Shown one piece after another: positions 1 through 9,854 of a DNA stretch of 64,000 bases (its first letter is position 1; every line of letters starts with the position of its first letter). Under the pieces are notes generated by a model. It was not told where the DNA came from, searched no databases, and saw nothing but the letters and a program-made list of their open reading frames with translations. The DNA lies in contig JAFTSS010000085.1 in NCBI GenBank assembly GCA_017467185.1, forward strand, positions 1-64,000, written 5' to 3'. A program made the position numbers and the translations under genes. Source of the stretch: Paludibacteraceae bacterium. Lineage in GTDB: Bacteria; Bacteroidota; Bacteroidia; Bacteroidales; Paludibacteraceae.

Positions 1-62
1 ATTGCTTATTAACTCTACATTTTACGCTCTTTGGGGGCTGCGCGCCCCCAGCCGCTTGGCAA

Positions 63-84
63 ACCCGCGGGTTTTTTCAAAGTT
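63..84 (+). terminator. GC-rich hairpin (CCCGCGGG palindrome) followed by a T6 run; putative intrinsic terminator of an off-window upstream gene
   Basis: Sequence caaacccgcgggttttttc is preceded by a second GC hairpin ggggctgcgcgcccc. It stands out against the AT-rich background. Confidence 0.4.
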
Positions 85-136
85 TGATTGACTGGCGTCA
101 ATATAAATCTAAAAATTTTGCACTTCGATTTTGAAT

Positions 137-676
137 TTACACTTTGTAAACTTTTGATAGTTCTATTTGTGTAAGAGAAATGTTTGCTACTTTGTCATAA
201 ATTGCTTTCATTGTTTTGTATGATTTATCTCCTAAATTTTCCCAGCGGTCTTTAACCAAAACATCTTCAATTGTAAGTGCATCTGAAGATAATATGCTTT
301 CAAGCACAGAATAATCAGGAGATATATCATGATCTAATTCGCTACCATTTGCATCAAGATAAGAAACTGTAAAGTTGCCAAAACGTGGTTCGTATTCAAA
401 GTCATCTCCTTTTAACTCTTTTGATGGAATTTCTGACCATATTTTTGTATTACCTATAGGTAAAATAGCACGGACATCCCATTTGTTATCTTCTTCATCT
501 ACGCAAACGAGCATAATTTTAATTGAATCAGATGCGATTGTGACCATGTTTTTGTGTTTTCCAGACATTTTGATTTCGCTAGATGGAATCATTTTTGTTT
601 CTTCTTGTTTACTTCCACATGAAGCTAACATGAATACAGCCAATAAGGCGATTACTAAAGCATTAATTTTTTTCAT
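137..676 (-). CDS. hypothetical lipoprotein
   Basis: 179-aa ORF with a signal peptide and lipobox (LASCGS). No recognisable domain. Confidence 0.5.
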   Translation of the reverse strand: MKKINALVIALLAVFMLASCGSKQEETKMIPSSEIKMSGKHKNMVTIASDSIKIMLVCVDEEDNKWDVRAILPIGNTKIWSEIPSKELKGDDFEYEPRFGNFTVSYLDANGSELDHDISPDYSVLESILSSDALTIEDVLVKDRWENLGDKSYKTMKAIYDKVANISLTQIELSKVYKV

Positions 677-952
677 AGATTAATTTGTTTTACGTCTGCC
701 CTTAACAGACATTAAGATTAATATAAATAGAGTGATTAGCATTTTTTATCTTGTTTTGACGATGCAAAATTAGTATGTTTAATTTGTTTGTGCAATAGGT
801 TAACTGGTTCATTTTGGTTCATTTGCATTTGGTGATTATTTGGACTTTACAAAGTAGTGGACGCACAACTCGTGCGTCCACTAAAAATGTTTAACTAAAA
901 AAATTTTTTTTGTGCCTACTTTTGTAATTTAGTACAGTTTAGTATAGTATTT

Positions 953-1050
953 TATGGAAAAATGACAAAATCAAGGAGAAAAAATTATAGAAAAATGACA
1001 GAATTAAGGTGGAAAAGTTATGGAAAAATGACAAAAGTTTGCATAATCCA
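953..1050 (+). repeat. three tandem ~33-bp direct repeats (tatggaaaaatgacaaaa...) upstream of the promoter of the AAA ATPase gene
   Basis: Direct inspection shows units starting near 953, 986 and 1019. Confidence 0.6.
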
Positions 1051-1061
1051 AATAAAATCAG

Positions 1062-1069
1062 TAACTTTG
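1062..1069 (+). promoter_or_regulatory. Bacteroides-type -7 box TAACTTTG
   Basis: TAnnTTTG motif about 22 nt upstream of the ATG at 1091. Confidence 0.45.
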
Positions 1070-1090
1070 CAGTGTAAAATATAAAATATT

Positions 1091-2446
1091 ATGATTGAAC
1101 GTAAATTTGAAAAGTATTTACAGCTTTTTTTGGAAGAAAAATCAGATAAAGTTATGCTATTGAATGGCGCACGACAAATAGGTAAATCGTTTATTATTCG
1201 TCATGTGGGTAGTAGGCTTTTTTCTCATTTCGTTGAAATTGATTTACGTGCTGATAAAGAGGGTGAAATGATATTTGCCAATGTGCGTAGCATTGAAGAC
1301 TTTTACTTGCAATTGGGTATTCGATATGGTGATAATTTGGGTGATTGGTCGAATACATTAGTTTTTTTAGATGAAATACAAGTATATCCACATCTCCTTA
1401 CAATGTTGAAGTTTTTGAATCAAGATAGGCGTTATCGTTATATTGCTAGCGGCTCTCAATTAGGGATAGCTCTAGCAAAAACTACGTCTGTGCCATTGGG
1501 GAGTATTGAGATTCAGCAGATGTATCCTATAGATTTTGAAGAGTTTTTAGGTGCGATGGGAGTCGGGAAGGATGCAATACAAGCGATGAGGCAAAGTTTT
1601 TTGGAGCGTCAATCCTTGTCACAAGAGACACATGATTATATTATGAAGTTGTTTCGCTATTATTTGCTTGTAGGGGGATTGCCTGATGCTGTAAATAAGT
1701 TTGTAGAGAGTAGAAATATGGTTGTTGTACGTACGATTCAGCGTGACGTGCACGAGCTTTATGGTATAGATGCGTCGCAATATGATGCTGAAAATAGTTT
1801 GAAAATCCGTAGGATATATGACCTTGTGCCGTCTAATTTAGAGAATAAAAAGAAAAGAGTTAGGGTCAAGGATATTGAAAATAAAAAAGGAAAACAATTT
1901 TCTGATTATGCTGATGAGTTTGAATATTTGATGCATTCAGGCATTAGTTTGGGAGTTTCGGCAATTAGTAATCCTCGTTTTCCATTGATAGAATCTTCAG
2001 TGAAGGATTTGTTGAAATTATATCTTAACGATGTAGGTATATTGACACATATATTATATGGTTTAAATGTGAATGCTATTCTTAATGATGAAAAAAGTAT
2101 CAATTTAGGAACGGTTTATGAGTCCGTTGTTGCGCAGGAATTGCATGCACATGGGTTTAGTAAGTTGTATTATTATGATAATAAACAGCGTGGAGAAGTC
2201 GATTTTTTAATTGACGATTATAATCGATTATCAGTGGTTCCAATAGAGGTTAAATCAGGCAAAGATTATACAATACATAGTGCATTATCTCATTTTATTT
2301 CAAATTCGGAGTATAATATTTGTGAGGGTGTGGTTTTTTCCAATGTGCGAGAGATAAGTCGAAAAGGAAAAATAATTTATCTGCCAATATATTATGTTAT
2401 GTTTATTGATAATCAGCAGAATATAGAAGAATTGATTTTAGAATAA
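1091..2446 (+). CDS. AAA+ superfamily ATPase with C-terminal DUF4143-type domain
   Basis: 451 aa with a Walker A-like NGARQIGKS. Length and architecture are typical of the AAA14/DUF4143 ATPases common in Bacteroidales accessory DNA. Confidence 0.75.
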   Translation: MIERKFEKYLQLFLEEKSDKVMLLNGARQIGKSFIIRHVGSRLFSHFVEIDLRADKEGEMIFANVRSIEDFYLQLGIRYGDNLGDWSNTLVFLDEIQVYPHLLTMLKFLNQDRRYRYIASGSQLGIALAKTTSVPLGSIEIQQMYPIDFEEFLGAMGVGKDAIQAMRQSFLERQSLSQETHDYIMKLFRYYLLVGGLPDAVNKFVESRNMVVVRTIQRDVHELYGIDASQYDAENSLKIRRIYDLVPSNLENKKKRVRVKDIENKKGKQFSDYADEFEYLMHSGISLGVSAISNPRFPLIESSVKDLLKLYLNDVGILTHILYGLNVNAILNDEKSINLGTVYESVVAQELHAHGFSKLYYYDNKQRGEVDFLIDDYNRLSVVPIEVKSGKDYTIHSALSHFISNSEYNICEGVVFSNVREISRKGKIIYLPIYYVMFIDNQQNIEELILE

Positions 2447-3211
2447 GAGTTTTTTGATATATGTGAGTTTTTTTGTTTGTTTGTCAAAAATTCTTGATTT
2501 TACGTTTTGGAGATTTGGAAGAGAAGGTCGGTGTCGAGGCTTTTGCGCTCGAAGATGTTATATACGTTGGGGCGTTCGCAACTGATTTTGCGGGCGAGTC
2601 ATGAGGGGGTGCGTTCTTGGGCTTCAAGTTCTTGCTTGATGAGTTTGTCTATATGTACCATAAAAAAACGTGGAGCTTTTGTTACTTGTCTCCACAGTTA
2701 AAGGCTCTCGCATTGCCCATCTAAGTCAGAGATCAAGCAATACAGAAGCCCACGTAGATATGAATATACTAACAAACGCTTTGTATGAATTGTCACACAA
2801 AGTATTTGACCGAAATATACACACCACGGAGACATCTATCTTGCTCAGTATTTTAACCTAGATTATGAATTTGCGAGATTCTTAACTGTTAAAGACTAAG
2901 GTCGTATAAACGTCCTATGTATGTTTTATAATGTATGTTTTAGTTTGTGTTTGGACTTAGATTTTTGGCATACCCCTCCGCCCTTTGGGCATCTCCCCTT
3001 ACTAAGGGGAGGAATATGAGGCATACTTTTGCGTCCCTACACTATGTAAAGGTACGTATTATTTTTTATTTGGCAAAAAAATATGATAAAAAAATAAGGC
3101 TAACCTTGTGGGGTTAGCCTTATTTGGGATATGCTATTAAATAATTTTTAGATATTAGTAGCGAGTAGCGAGATGTGAGACAACTCGCTTTGCTCGTTTC
3201 CTTATTTTTAA

Positions 3212-4297
3212 TTATTTGTTAGCAGCTTCGAATTCTTGCATGCAAGCTACGAGAGCTTTAACTGATTCAACTGGACATGCGTTGTAGATAGAAGCACGGA
3301 AGCCACCTACTGAACGGTGACCTTTGATACCTACCATACCGCGTTCTTTAGCGAATTCCATGAATGCTTTTTCTTTGTCTTCGTGACCTGGAGCCATTAC
3401 GAAGCAAACGTTCATGATTGAACGGTCTTCTTTAGCAGCAGTACCTACGAACATAGAGTTGCGGTCGATTTCGTTGTAAAGGAGGTCAGCTTTTTCAACG
3501 TTGATTTTGTTCATTGCTTCGAGACCACCGATTTTTTTCACCCATTTCAATGTTTCGTACATAACATAGATAGGGAATACAGGAGGAGTGTTGAACATAG
3601 AGATGTTGCGGTCTTCGTCAGCAGCATGAGTTTTGTAGTTAACCATTGTTTGAAGAGGACGATAGTTCTTTTCAAGAAGGTCGCGACGGATGATAACGAA
3701 AGTAACACCAGCAGGGCCTACGTTCTTTTGAGCACCACCGTAGATCATTGCGTATTTAGTAACGTCAACTGGACGGCTCATGATGTCTGATGACATATCT
3801 GCTACCAAGTCGATTGGGCAGTCCATATCGTAACGGATTTCAGTACCGTAGATAGTGTTGTTAGTTGTGATATGGAAATAGTCAGCATCTGTAGGGATTA
3901 CATAATCTTTAGGGATGTAAGAGTAAGTTTTGTCTTCAGATGAAGCAACAACTTCTACTTCGCCATAGAATTTAGCTTCTTTAGCAGCTTTTTTAGCCCA
4001 AACACCTGTTTGAAGATAAGCAGCTTTTTTGTTCAAAAGGTTAGCAGGTACGTGGAAGAATTGAGTTGAAGCACCACCACCGAGGAACAATACTTCGTAG
4101 TTGTCAGGAATATTCAAAAGATCGCGCCAGAGTTGACGAGTTTCAGCCATAACGCGTTCCCAACCTGGAGTACGGTGAGAAATTTCAAGAATACCGATAC
4201 CTGTGTTGTCAAAGTTACGGATTGCTTCGATAGCAGCTTCTACTGCTTCGCGTGGAAGTACGCAAGGACCTGCGTTGAAATTGTGCATTTGTTTCAT
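3212..4297 (-). CDS. serC: 3-phosphoserine aminotransferase
   Basis: 361 aa. The N-terminus [10 protein letters not shown] and overall similarity match the SerC class-V aminotransferase family. Confidence 0.9.
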   Translation of the reverse strand: MKQMHNFNAGPCVLPREAVEAAIEAIRNFDNTGIGILEISHRTPGWERVMAETRQLWRDLLNIPDNYEVLFLGGGASTQFFHVPANLLNKKAAYLQTGVWAKKAAKEAKFYGEVEVVASSEDKTYSYIPKDYVIPTDADYFHITTNNTIYGTEIRYDMDCPIDLVADMSSDIMSRPVDVTKYAMIYGGAQKNVGPAGVTFVIIRRDLLEKNYRPLQTMVNYKTHAADEDRNISMFNTPPVFPIYVMYETLKWVKKIGGLEAMNKINVEKADLLYNEIDRNSMFVGTAAKEDRSIMNVCFVMAPGHEDKEKAFMEFAKERGMVGIKGHRSVGGFRASIYNACPVESVKALVACMQEFEAANK

Positions 4298-4478
4298 AGT
4301 AAATTTTTTAATATGTTAAAAAACAGTTAGTTGTTGTTTTTGTGCGTAAAGTATAGTTTACGAGACAAAGGTAAGCATTAAATTGCTTATAAGCAAATTT
4401 TTGAGGAGGAATTTTTCAAAAATGTTTGTTTTTGTGTTTTGGGTAGTTTTTTTAGATATAATAACAGTTTTTTCTTTT

Positions 4479-4725
4479 AGACATAATGACATAAAGACAT
4501 AATTTTTTTTCTGCATACGCCTTGCTACATCTACGATGTATCTTGGCGGAAGAATGACAGACCTATCGGTATTAAAATCTGTCATTCTTTGGTTGAGATG
4601 AAACTTTGGTTTCAGCAAAGCTTATGTTAAGAGTGATAAATTTTGTCATTATGTCATTTTGTCTCAAAATTAATCTGTTTGAAATTAATTTTGAGTGAGT
4701 TTGCTACTATTTATAAGCTCTATTT
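4479..4725 (+). mobile_element. MITE-like element family A, copy 1 (terminal inverted repeats AGACATAATGACA / TGTCATTATGTCAT)
   Basis: Near-identical to copy 2 and similar to copy 3. It has an internal perfect hairpin aagaatgacaga...tctgtcattctt. Confidence 0.7.
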
Positions 4726-4730
4726 CTTTT

Positions 4731-4975
4731 AGACATAATGACATAAAGACATAATTTTTTTTTCTGCATACGCCTTGCTACATCTACGATGTATCTTGGC
4801 GGAAGAATGACAGACCTATCGGTATTAAAATCTGTCATTCTTTGGCTGAGATGAAACTTTGGTTTCAGCAAAGCTTGTGTTAAGAGTGATAAATTTTGTC
4901 ATTATGTCATTTTGTCTTAAAATTAATCTGTTTGAAATTAATTTTGAGTGAGTTTGCTACTATTTAACGTGAGTT
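4731..4975 (+). mobile_element. MITE-like element family A, copy 2 (tandem with copy 1)
   Basis: About 97% identical to 4479-4725. Confidence 0.7.
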
Positions 4976-5368
4976 CGATATAACTTTATAGCACACGGAA
5001 AACACGGATGACACAGAATTTGATTATTTATCTCCCACAGATTTTTTAACAAGATTATTGCTGTGCTCGGCAATTAGAGTAAACTCTATTGCTCTCGCTT
5101 ATCGCAATAATTCACAGATTTCTCAGATATTTTTCTTTCTTTACTATTCGATTTTTATCAAGATTTTGTTTATATTCAGCATAACCCAAATAAATTTGGC
5201 TTCTGCTCTCACTTATCACAAAATTCGCTCTTTTGCTACGCAAAAATAACTTCGTTGAAATTGCTTTCGTTCGGCAACTGAAGTAAACTTCGTTGCTCTC
5301 ACTTATTCGCAATTTTCGCTCTACTGATAACACGGATGCCATACGGCGTTTTATATCGAACGGACGTT
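4966..5368 (+). mobile_element. MITE-like element family B, copy 1 (18-bp TIR AACGTGAGTTCGATATAA / TTATATCGAACGGACGTT), enlarged by an internal duplication
   Basis: Its TIRs are shared with the copies at 14209 and 46690. The flanking hexamer TATTTA is duplicated. The right TIR supplies the last codons and stop of ispG. Confidence 0.65.
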
Positions 5369-6076
5369 ATTTATAAGCTCTAAAAGTTTTTCGATTGCTT
5401 CTTCTTCGGGGATGTTTTTCATTACGCATTCTTTGCCTTTGTAGAGTGAGACTTTACCCATTCCGGCTCCGATGTAGCCAAAGTCGGCATCTGCCATTTC
5501 GCCTGGTCCGTTGACGATACAGCCCATGACGGCGATTTTGAGGCCTACGAAACCTTGTGTGGCTTCTTTGACTTGACGGACTACACGTGGTAGGTCAAAT
5601 TTTGTACGCCCGCAAGATGGACATGAGGTGTATTCGGTTTTGCTGATGCGACAGCGTGATGATTGTAGGATTTCGAATGCTATGTCGTTGACTTGTTCGG
5701 CTGTGATGAATTCAGATTTGTTTGTGAGCCAAATGCCATCGATTAGGCCGTCGATTAGGTATGGTCCGAAGAAAGCTGCTGCGTGTATTTGAAGTGTTTC
5801 TAAATCGTCGAGTTCGAAGTGTTTTTTTAGGATTATTGGTTTGTCTGTTTTGAGTAATTCGTTGAAATTTGATAAATCTTCAACAATTGCAATATTTCCT
5901 TCTAAAGTCATAATCTCATCTGCAGTATAATCAGGTTTTAGTAGGGTGTTAAGTTGTTCGTTTGCTATTACAACTACGGGATTATTACCACCTATTTTGT
6001 CTATTGCAATGCTTTTGCGACGAGAATATTCAGTCTTTAATTTTGTGTTATCAATTTTGCATTTTGCATTTTGCAT
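5351..6076 (-). CDS. ispG: 4-hydroxy-3-methylbut-2-enyl diphosphate synthase, C-terminal segment (insert domain plus 4Fe-4S domain)
   Basis: 241 aa carrying the conserved C-terminal CPSCGRT...KIAVMGCIVNGPGE motif region of IspG/GcpE. It begins with its own ATG inside the heptamer tract. Confidence 0.8.
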   Translation of the reverse strand: MQNAKCKIDNTKLKTEYSRRKSIAIDKIGGNNPVVVIANEQLNTLLKPDYTADEIMTLEGNIAIVEDLSNFNELLKTDKPIILKKHFELDDLETLQIHAAAFFGPYLIDGLIDGIWLTNKSEFITAEQVNDIAFEILQSSRCRISKTEYTSCPSCGRTKFDLPRVVRQVKEATQGFVGLKIAVMGCIVNGPGEMADADFGYIGAGMGKVSLYKGKECVMKNIPEEEAIEKLLELINNVRSI

Positions 6077-6909
6077 TCTACATAGTCAACAAGTTTGCGA
6101 GCTACGGGGATTTCGGCTTCAGGGGCTTCGGATAGGGATACGCGGATTGTGTCGCCAATGCCGTCGTGGAGGAGAGTGCCGATGCCGACTGCTGATTTTA
6201 TGCGTCCTTCGTCGTCGCTGCCAGCTTCGGTTACGCCGAGATGAAGTGGATAGTTTTTGCCTTTGGCGTCCATCATTTGTACTAATAGGCGTACTGCGTA
6301 AATCATTACGCGTGTGTTAGAGGCTTTGACAGAGAGGATTAGGTTGGTAAAGCCTTCTTGCTCGCAGAGTTCGATGAACTCCATACATGAAGTGGCAAGT
6401 CCGAGAGGTGTGTTGCCGTAACGGCTCATGATGCGAGGAGAGAGTGAACCGTGGTTGACGCCGATGCGAATGGCTGTGCCTTTGTCTTTGCAGATAGAGA
6501 GCAGTGTGTGTAGTTTTTCGCGGATACGGCGTAGTTCGTCGTTCCATTCTTCATCGGTGTAGTCGCCATGCTTGCCAGTGACGAAGTTGCCGGGATTGAT
6601 GCGCACTTTTTCAACTAATTGTGCAGCGACCTCAGCTACGTTGGCGTTGAAGTGGATGTCGGCAACGAGGGGTAGGTCGATGCCTTCGGTGCGTAACGCT
6701 TCTTTTATTTTGCCGAGATTTTCGGCTTCTTTTGTGCCTTGTGTGGTGTAGCGGAGTAGTTCTGTGCCAGCTTCGAGACAGTGTTTTGCTTGAGCCACAG
6801 AGGCCTCGATATCGTTAGTGTCGGTGTTGGCCATTGTTTGTATGCGGATAGGGTTGTTGCCACCGATGCGCAAGTTGCCAACTTGAATTTCTTTTGTTTG
6901 TCGTCTCAT
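6037..6909 (-). CDS. ispG: 4-hydroxy-3-methylbut-2-enyl diphosphate synthase, N-terminal TIM-barrel segment (frame-separated from the C-terminal segment)
   Basis: 290 aa with N-terminus MRRQTKEIQVGNLRIGGNNPIRIQTMANTDT, typical of IspG. It ends 40 nt inside the next ORF in a different frame. Confidence 0.8.
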   Translation of the reverse strand: MRRQTKEIQVGNLRIGGNNPIRIQTMANTDTNDIEASVAQAKHCLEAGTELLRYTTQGTKEAENLGKIKEALRTEGIDLPLVADIHFNANVAEVAAQLVEKVRINPGNFVTGKHGDYTDEEWNDELRRIREKLHTLLSICKDKGTAIRIGVNHGSLSPRIMSRYGNTPLGLATSCMEFIELCEQEGFTNLILSVKASNTRVMIYAVRLLVQMMDAKGKNYPLHLGVTEAGSDDEGRIKSAVGIGTLLHDGIGDTIRVSLSEAPEAEIPVARKLVDYVECKMQNAKLITQN

Positions 6910-6959
6910 AATATTTAACTATATGGAAATTTTAACAGAAGTACAAATCTCTTATTTTT

Positions 6960-7190
6960 AGACATAATGACAGAAGAACATATTTTTTTTGTTTATATAT
7001 ACCTCGCTACATCAACGATGTATCTCGGTAAAACAATGACAAACCTACCGGTATCAAAATATGTCATTTTTTTGCCGAGATGAAACTTTAGGTTCAGCAA
7101 GGCATTTGCATATGAGTGATAAATTTTGTCATTATGTCATTCTGTCTGAAAAAATCATTCTGTTTAAAAGAATGAAAATTAAATCTGTAC
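6960..7190 (+). mobile_element. MITE-like element family A, copy 3
   Basis: Same TIRs (agacataatgaca ... tgtcattatgtcattctgtct), about 80% identical to copies 1 and 2. Confidence 0.6.
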
Positions 7191-7213
7191 TTATGTTAAA
7201 AAAGCAATAACTT

Positions 7214-9253
7214 TCAACTAATCTTCAATGGATTGTAGATGTCGTTATCTGTTCCGTCAGATGCAGTTTGTTGTGGGTATATCAATAAGAAGTTGTTGTC
7301 TGCAAAATATTTGTTGAGATAGTAAGGTATTTTTTCGAATAGGTTGTTGTATGATACAGTGGCTTTGCGGGCAGTGATTACGATTAGCGTGTCGCTGTGT
7401 TTTATCTCTTTTGAGATGATAAGGAAATCTTCCCATGACGCTAATTCGCGGAATGATACGTTGAGTGAACTATGTATTTCGCATTGTTTTTTTAGAGCCT
7501 CTGTGGTTGTTTTGTTGGCATAGAATACTATAGGTATGCTGAGTTGCGATGCTATATTTTTGACGCGATCGAACCAAAGGTCGAAACCTATCTCTAATTC
7601 AGCCATTTGTGGTACGGTTACGACTAATCGTTTAACTGAGTTTATAGGTCTTTTAGGACCATAAATTATAAGGTTTTGGTGTGATGTTCCGTTGATTAGG
7701 GCGGTGATTGTTCCTCCTAAGAAAGTATCGACGATGTTGGCTTTGTGGTGAATACCAACGATGAGGTCGGTTATTTTGTTGGCTTGTACGGTGTCGATGA
7801 TACAATTTGATATGTTCAAATCGCATTTCATGATTTGTACTAATTTGTTGTCGGTTGCTGAAGCCAATTTAGCTGCACTTTCTAAGAGTTTTGCGCCAGA
7901 TGTATCTTCTGGGTCGTTGTTGATTTTTAGAGCATAAAGGGTTTTGTTGTTGCGTTGTTTTATGAGGTTGCTTATGTCGAGCAACTGAGGCATGGTTTGA
8001 GGGTTTGATATAGGGATGAGAATGCGCTCGGTGCCAAGGCGTTGACGTTGTTCGTCTTGTTGAGTCTCTTCGATTGCGATTTTGCGGGCAGCGTGTTCGG
8101 TTGCAATTGACGAGATTGTACAGGTTACGAGAATCATTACGATTGTGCCATTGAGCACGTTTTCGTCGAGAAGTCCGATGTTGTAGCCAATCATTACTGC
8201 TGCAAGGGTAGCTGCTGCTTGTCCGTTGCTGAGACCGAAAATTAAGTCGCCTTCTACGCTACTGAGTTTTGATGTTACTTGCGATAATTTTGCTGCCATC
8301 CATTTGGTTACGGTTGCAACGATTGTCATTACCGCAGCGACTTTTACAGATTCAATGCTTGTTATAAAGGCACGTAGGTCGATTTGCATACCAATGCTGA
8401 GAAGGAAGAACGGTATAAATATGGCGTTGCCTACAAATTCGATGCGATTCATGAGTGGCGAAACGCTTGGAATCAATCGGTTGAGTATCAATCCGGCAAA
8501 GAATGCGCCAAGGATACCCTCGAGACCTGCGGCTTGGGCTAATAGCGAAGCGAAGAAGATTATAACCATTACAAAGATGTATTGCGCAACGCTGTCGTTG
8601 AATCGGCGGAGGAAATATTTTGATAGTTTGGGTAGTAGCCAAAATACTATTATGCTGAATATTAAGGTAGATACTCCGAACTTAATCCAATAGGCGCTAT
8701 TCATTTCGCCTTTTGTTGTGGCTACGATAACGGCAAGGATGAGCAAAGAGGCTGTAACTGTGATGATTGTACCTGCAATGGTGATACTTACAGCTCGGTT
8801 TTTTGATATACCCATTTTGCTGACAATAGGGTAGGCTATCAGTGTGTGAGAGGCATACATACTGGCTAACAGAGTGGCGCGTGTGAAGTCCATGTCTAAT
8901 AGCCACATGCCAGTGATGATACCGAAAACCATTGGTAGTATGAATGTATATATGCCGAATAGAATGCTCTTTGTGCTGTTTTGTTTGAAGGTGTTGAGGT
9001 CGATTTCCAAGCCAGCTTGGAACATTATGTATAGAATGCCGACTTTGCCAAATAGTTCGAAGCTGGCATCGTTTGATAGAATGTTAAGTCCGTGAGGGCC
9101 AAAGAGAGTACCTGCTAAAATCAATCCGATTATATGTGGAATTTTGAATCGATTTAGGATAGGTGCGCACAAGATTATCACGATAACCAAAAGAAATATG
9201 GCAATCGGGTCAGTTAAAGGAAACGTTGGTATTAAATCTTCGATATATTTCAT
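7214..9253 (-). CDS. monovalent cation:proton antiporter (CPA/Na+-H+ exchanger family) with C-terminal cytoplasmic domain
   Basis: 679 aa. It has 10-12 predicted TM helices at the N-terminus and a soluble C-terminal half, as in the NhaP/Kef-type exchanger family. Confidence 0.75.
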   Translation of the reverse strand: MKYIEDLIPTFPLTDPIAIFLLVIVIILCAPILNRFKIPHIIGLILAGTLFGPHGLNILSNDASFELFGKVGILYIMFQAGLEIDLNTFKQNSTKSILFGIYTFILPMVFGIITGMWLLDMDFTRATLLASMYASHTLIAYPIVSKMGISKNRAVSITIAGTIITVTASLLILAVIVATTKGEMNSAYWIKFGVSTLIFSIIVFWLLPKLSKYFLRRFNDSVAQYIFVMVIIFFASLLAQAAGLEGILGAFFAGLILNRLIPSVSPLMNRIEFVGNAIFIPFFLLSIGMQIDLRAFITSIESVKVAAVMTIVATVTKWMAAKLSQVTSKLSSVEGDLIFGLSNGQAAATLAAVMIGYNIGLLDENVLNGTIVMILVTCTISSIATEHAARKIAIEETQQDEQRQRLGTERILIPISNPQTMPQLLDISNLIKQRNNKTLYALKINNDPEDTSGAKLLESAAKLASATDNKLVQIMKCDLNISNCIIDTVQANKITDLIVGIHHKANIVDTFLGGTITALINGTSHQNLIIYGPKRPINSVKRLVVTVPQMAELEIGFDLWFDRVKNIASQLSIPIVFYANKTTTEALKKQCEIHSSLNVSFRELASWEDFLIISKEIKHSDTLIVITARKATVSYNNLFEKIPYYLNKYFADNNFLLIYPQQTASDGTDNDIYNPLKIS

Positions 9254-9256
9254 TTG

Positions 9257-9365
9257 GAGTGAGGAATTAGGAATTAGGAATTAGGAATGAGGAATTCGGA
9301 GTTAGGAATTGAATTTCTCAATTCTCAACTTTCAACTTTCAATTTTCAAATTTCAATTTTTTGTA
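9257..9365 (+). repeat. heptamer microsatellites (AGGAATT)n then (TCAACTT/TCAATTT)n immediately 5' of the antiporter start codon
   Basis: Direct inspection. Confidence 0.8.
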
Positions 9366-9726
9366 CGTTTCTGCAAAGTTAGTCATTTTTTTTTAATTGA
9401 GCAATAGTGCAAAACTTATGCCTGTGGCGGATTTTTATTAGTTTTGTTAAAAAATCTTGTGTTGTTTTATTGGATTTGTTAATAAATTACTGTGTTTTTG
9501 TTAAATTACGACTATTATTTGTAAAATATTTAGCATTTAGTGTTAAATTAACGTTAAATTTTAATTTTACGCTTGCTATTTTGTTAAAAAGTTGTACCTT
9601 TGCAGTGTCAAAACGAATTAACTTAGTTTTGGAGGTTTTTTTATAGATTATAGATTATAGATAATGTGGACAGAAGTTTTGCGTGAGCAAGGCTTCTGTT
9701 TTTTTTGTAAGGATATGGCAAAAAAA

Positions 9727-9754
9727 GTAGAGACGCAAAATTTTGCGTCTCCAC
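9727..9754. repeat. palindromic element gtagagacgcaaaattttgcgtctccac (family GAGACGCAA-N-TTGCGTCTC)
   Basis: Near-perfect inverted repeat in an intergenic region. Confidence 0.7.
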
Positions 9755-9854
9755 TAAAATTTTTTTCATAAAATTAGGGGGAGTGGTCGAAGACCGATGG
9801 GGTTAATACTTGTTATCTGTAATCTGTACTCTATTATCTGTTATTTGTATTATA

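Noticed and set aside
4358-4618. 86-aa ORF overlapping MITE-A copy 1; also 14008..14283 and 14229..14426 inside or adjacent to MITE-B copy 2
   Set aside because: They lie within repeated non-coding elements. The equivalent ORFs are not preserved in the other copies.
8226-8906. ORFs 8226..8693(+), 8352..8642(-), 8697..8906(-) and 8874..9095(+)
   Set aside because: They lie entirely inside, or antisense to, the well-supported antiporter gene. They are shadow ORFs.
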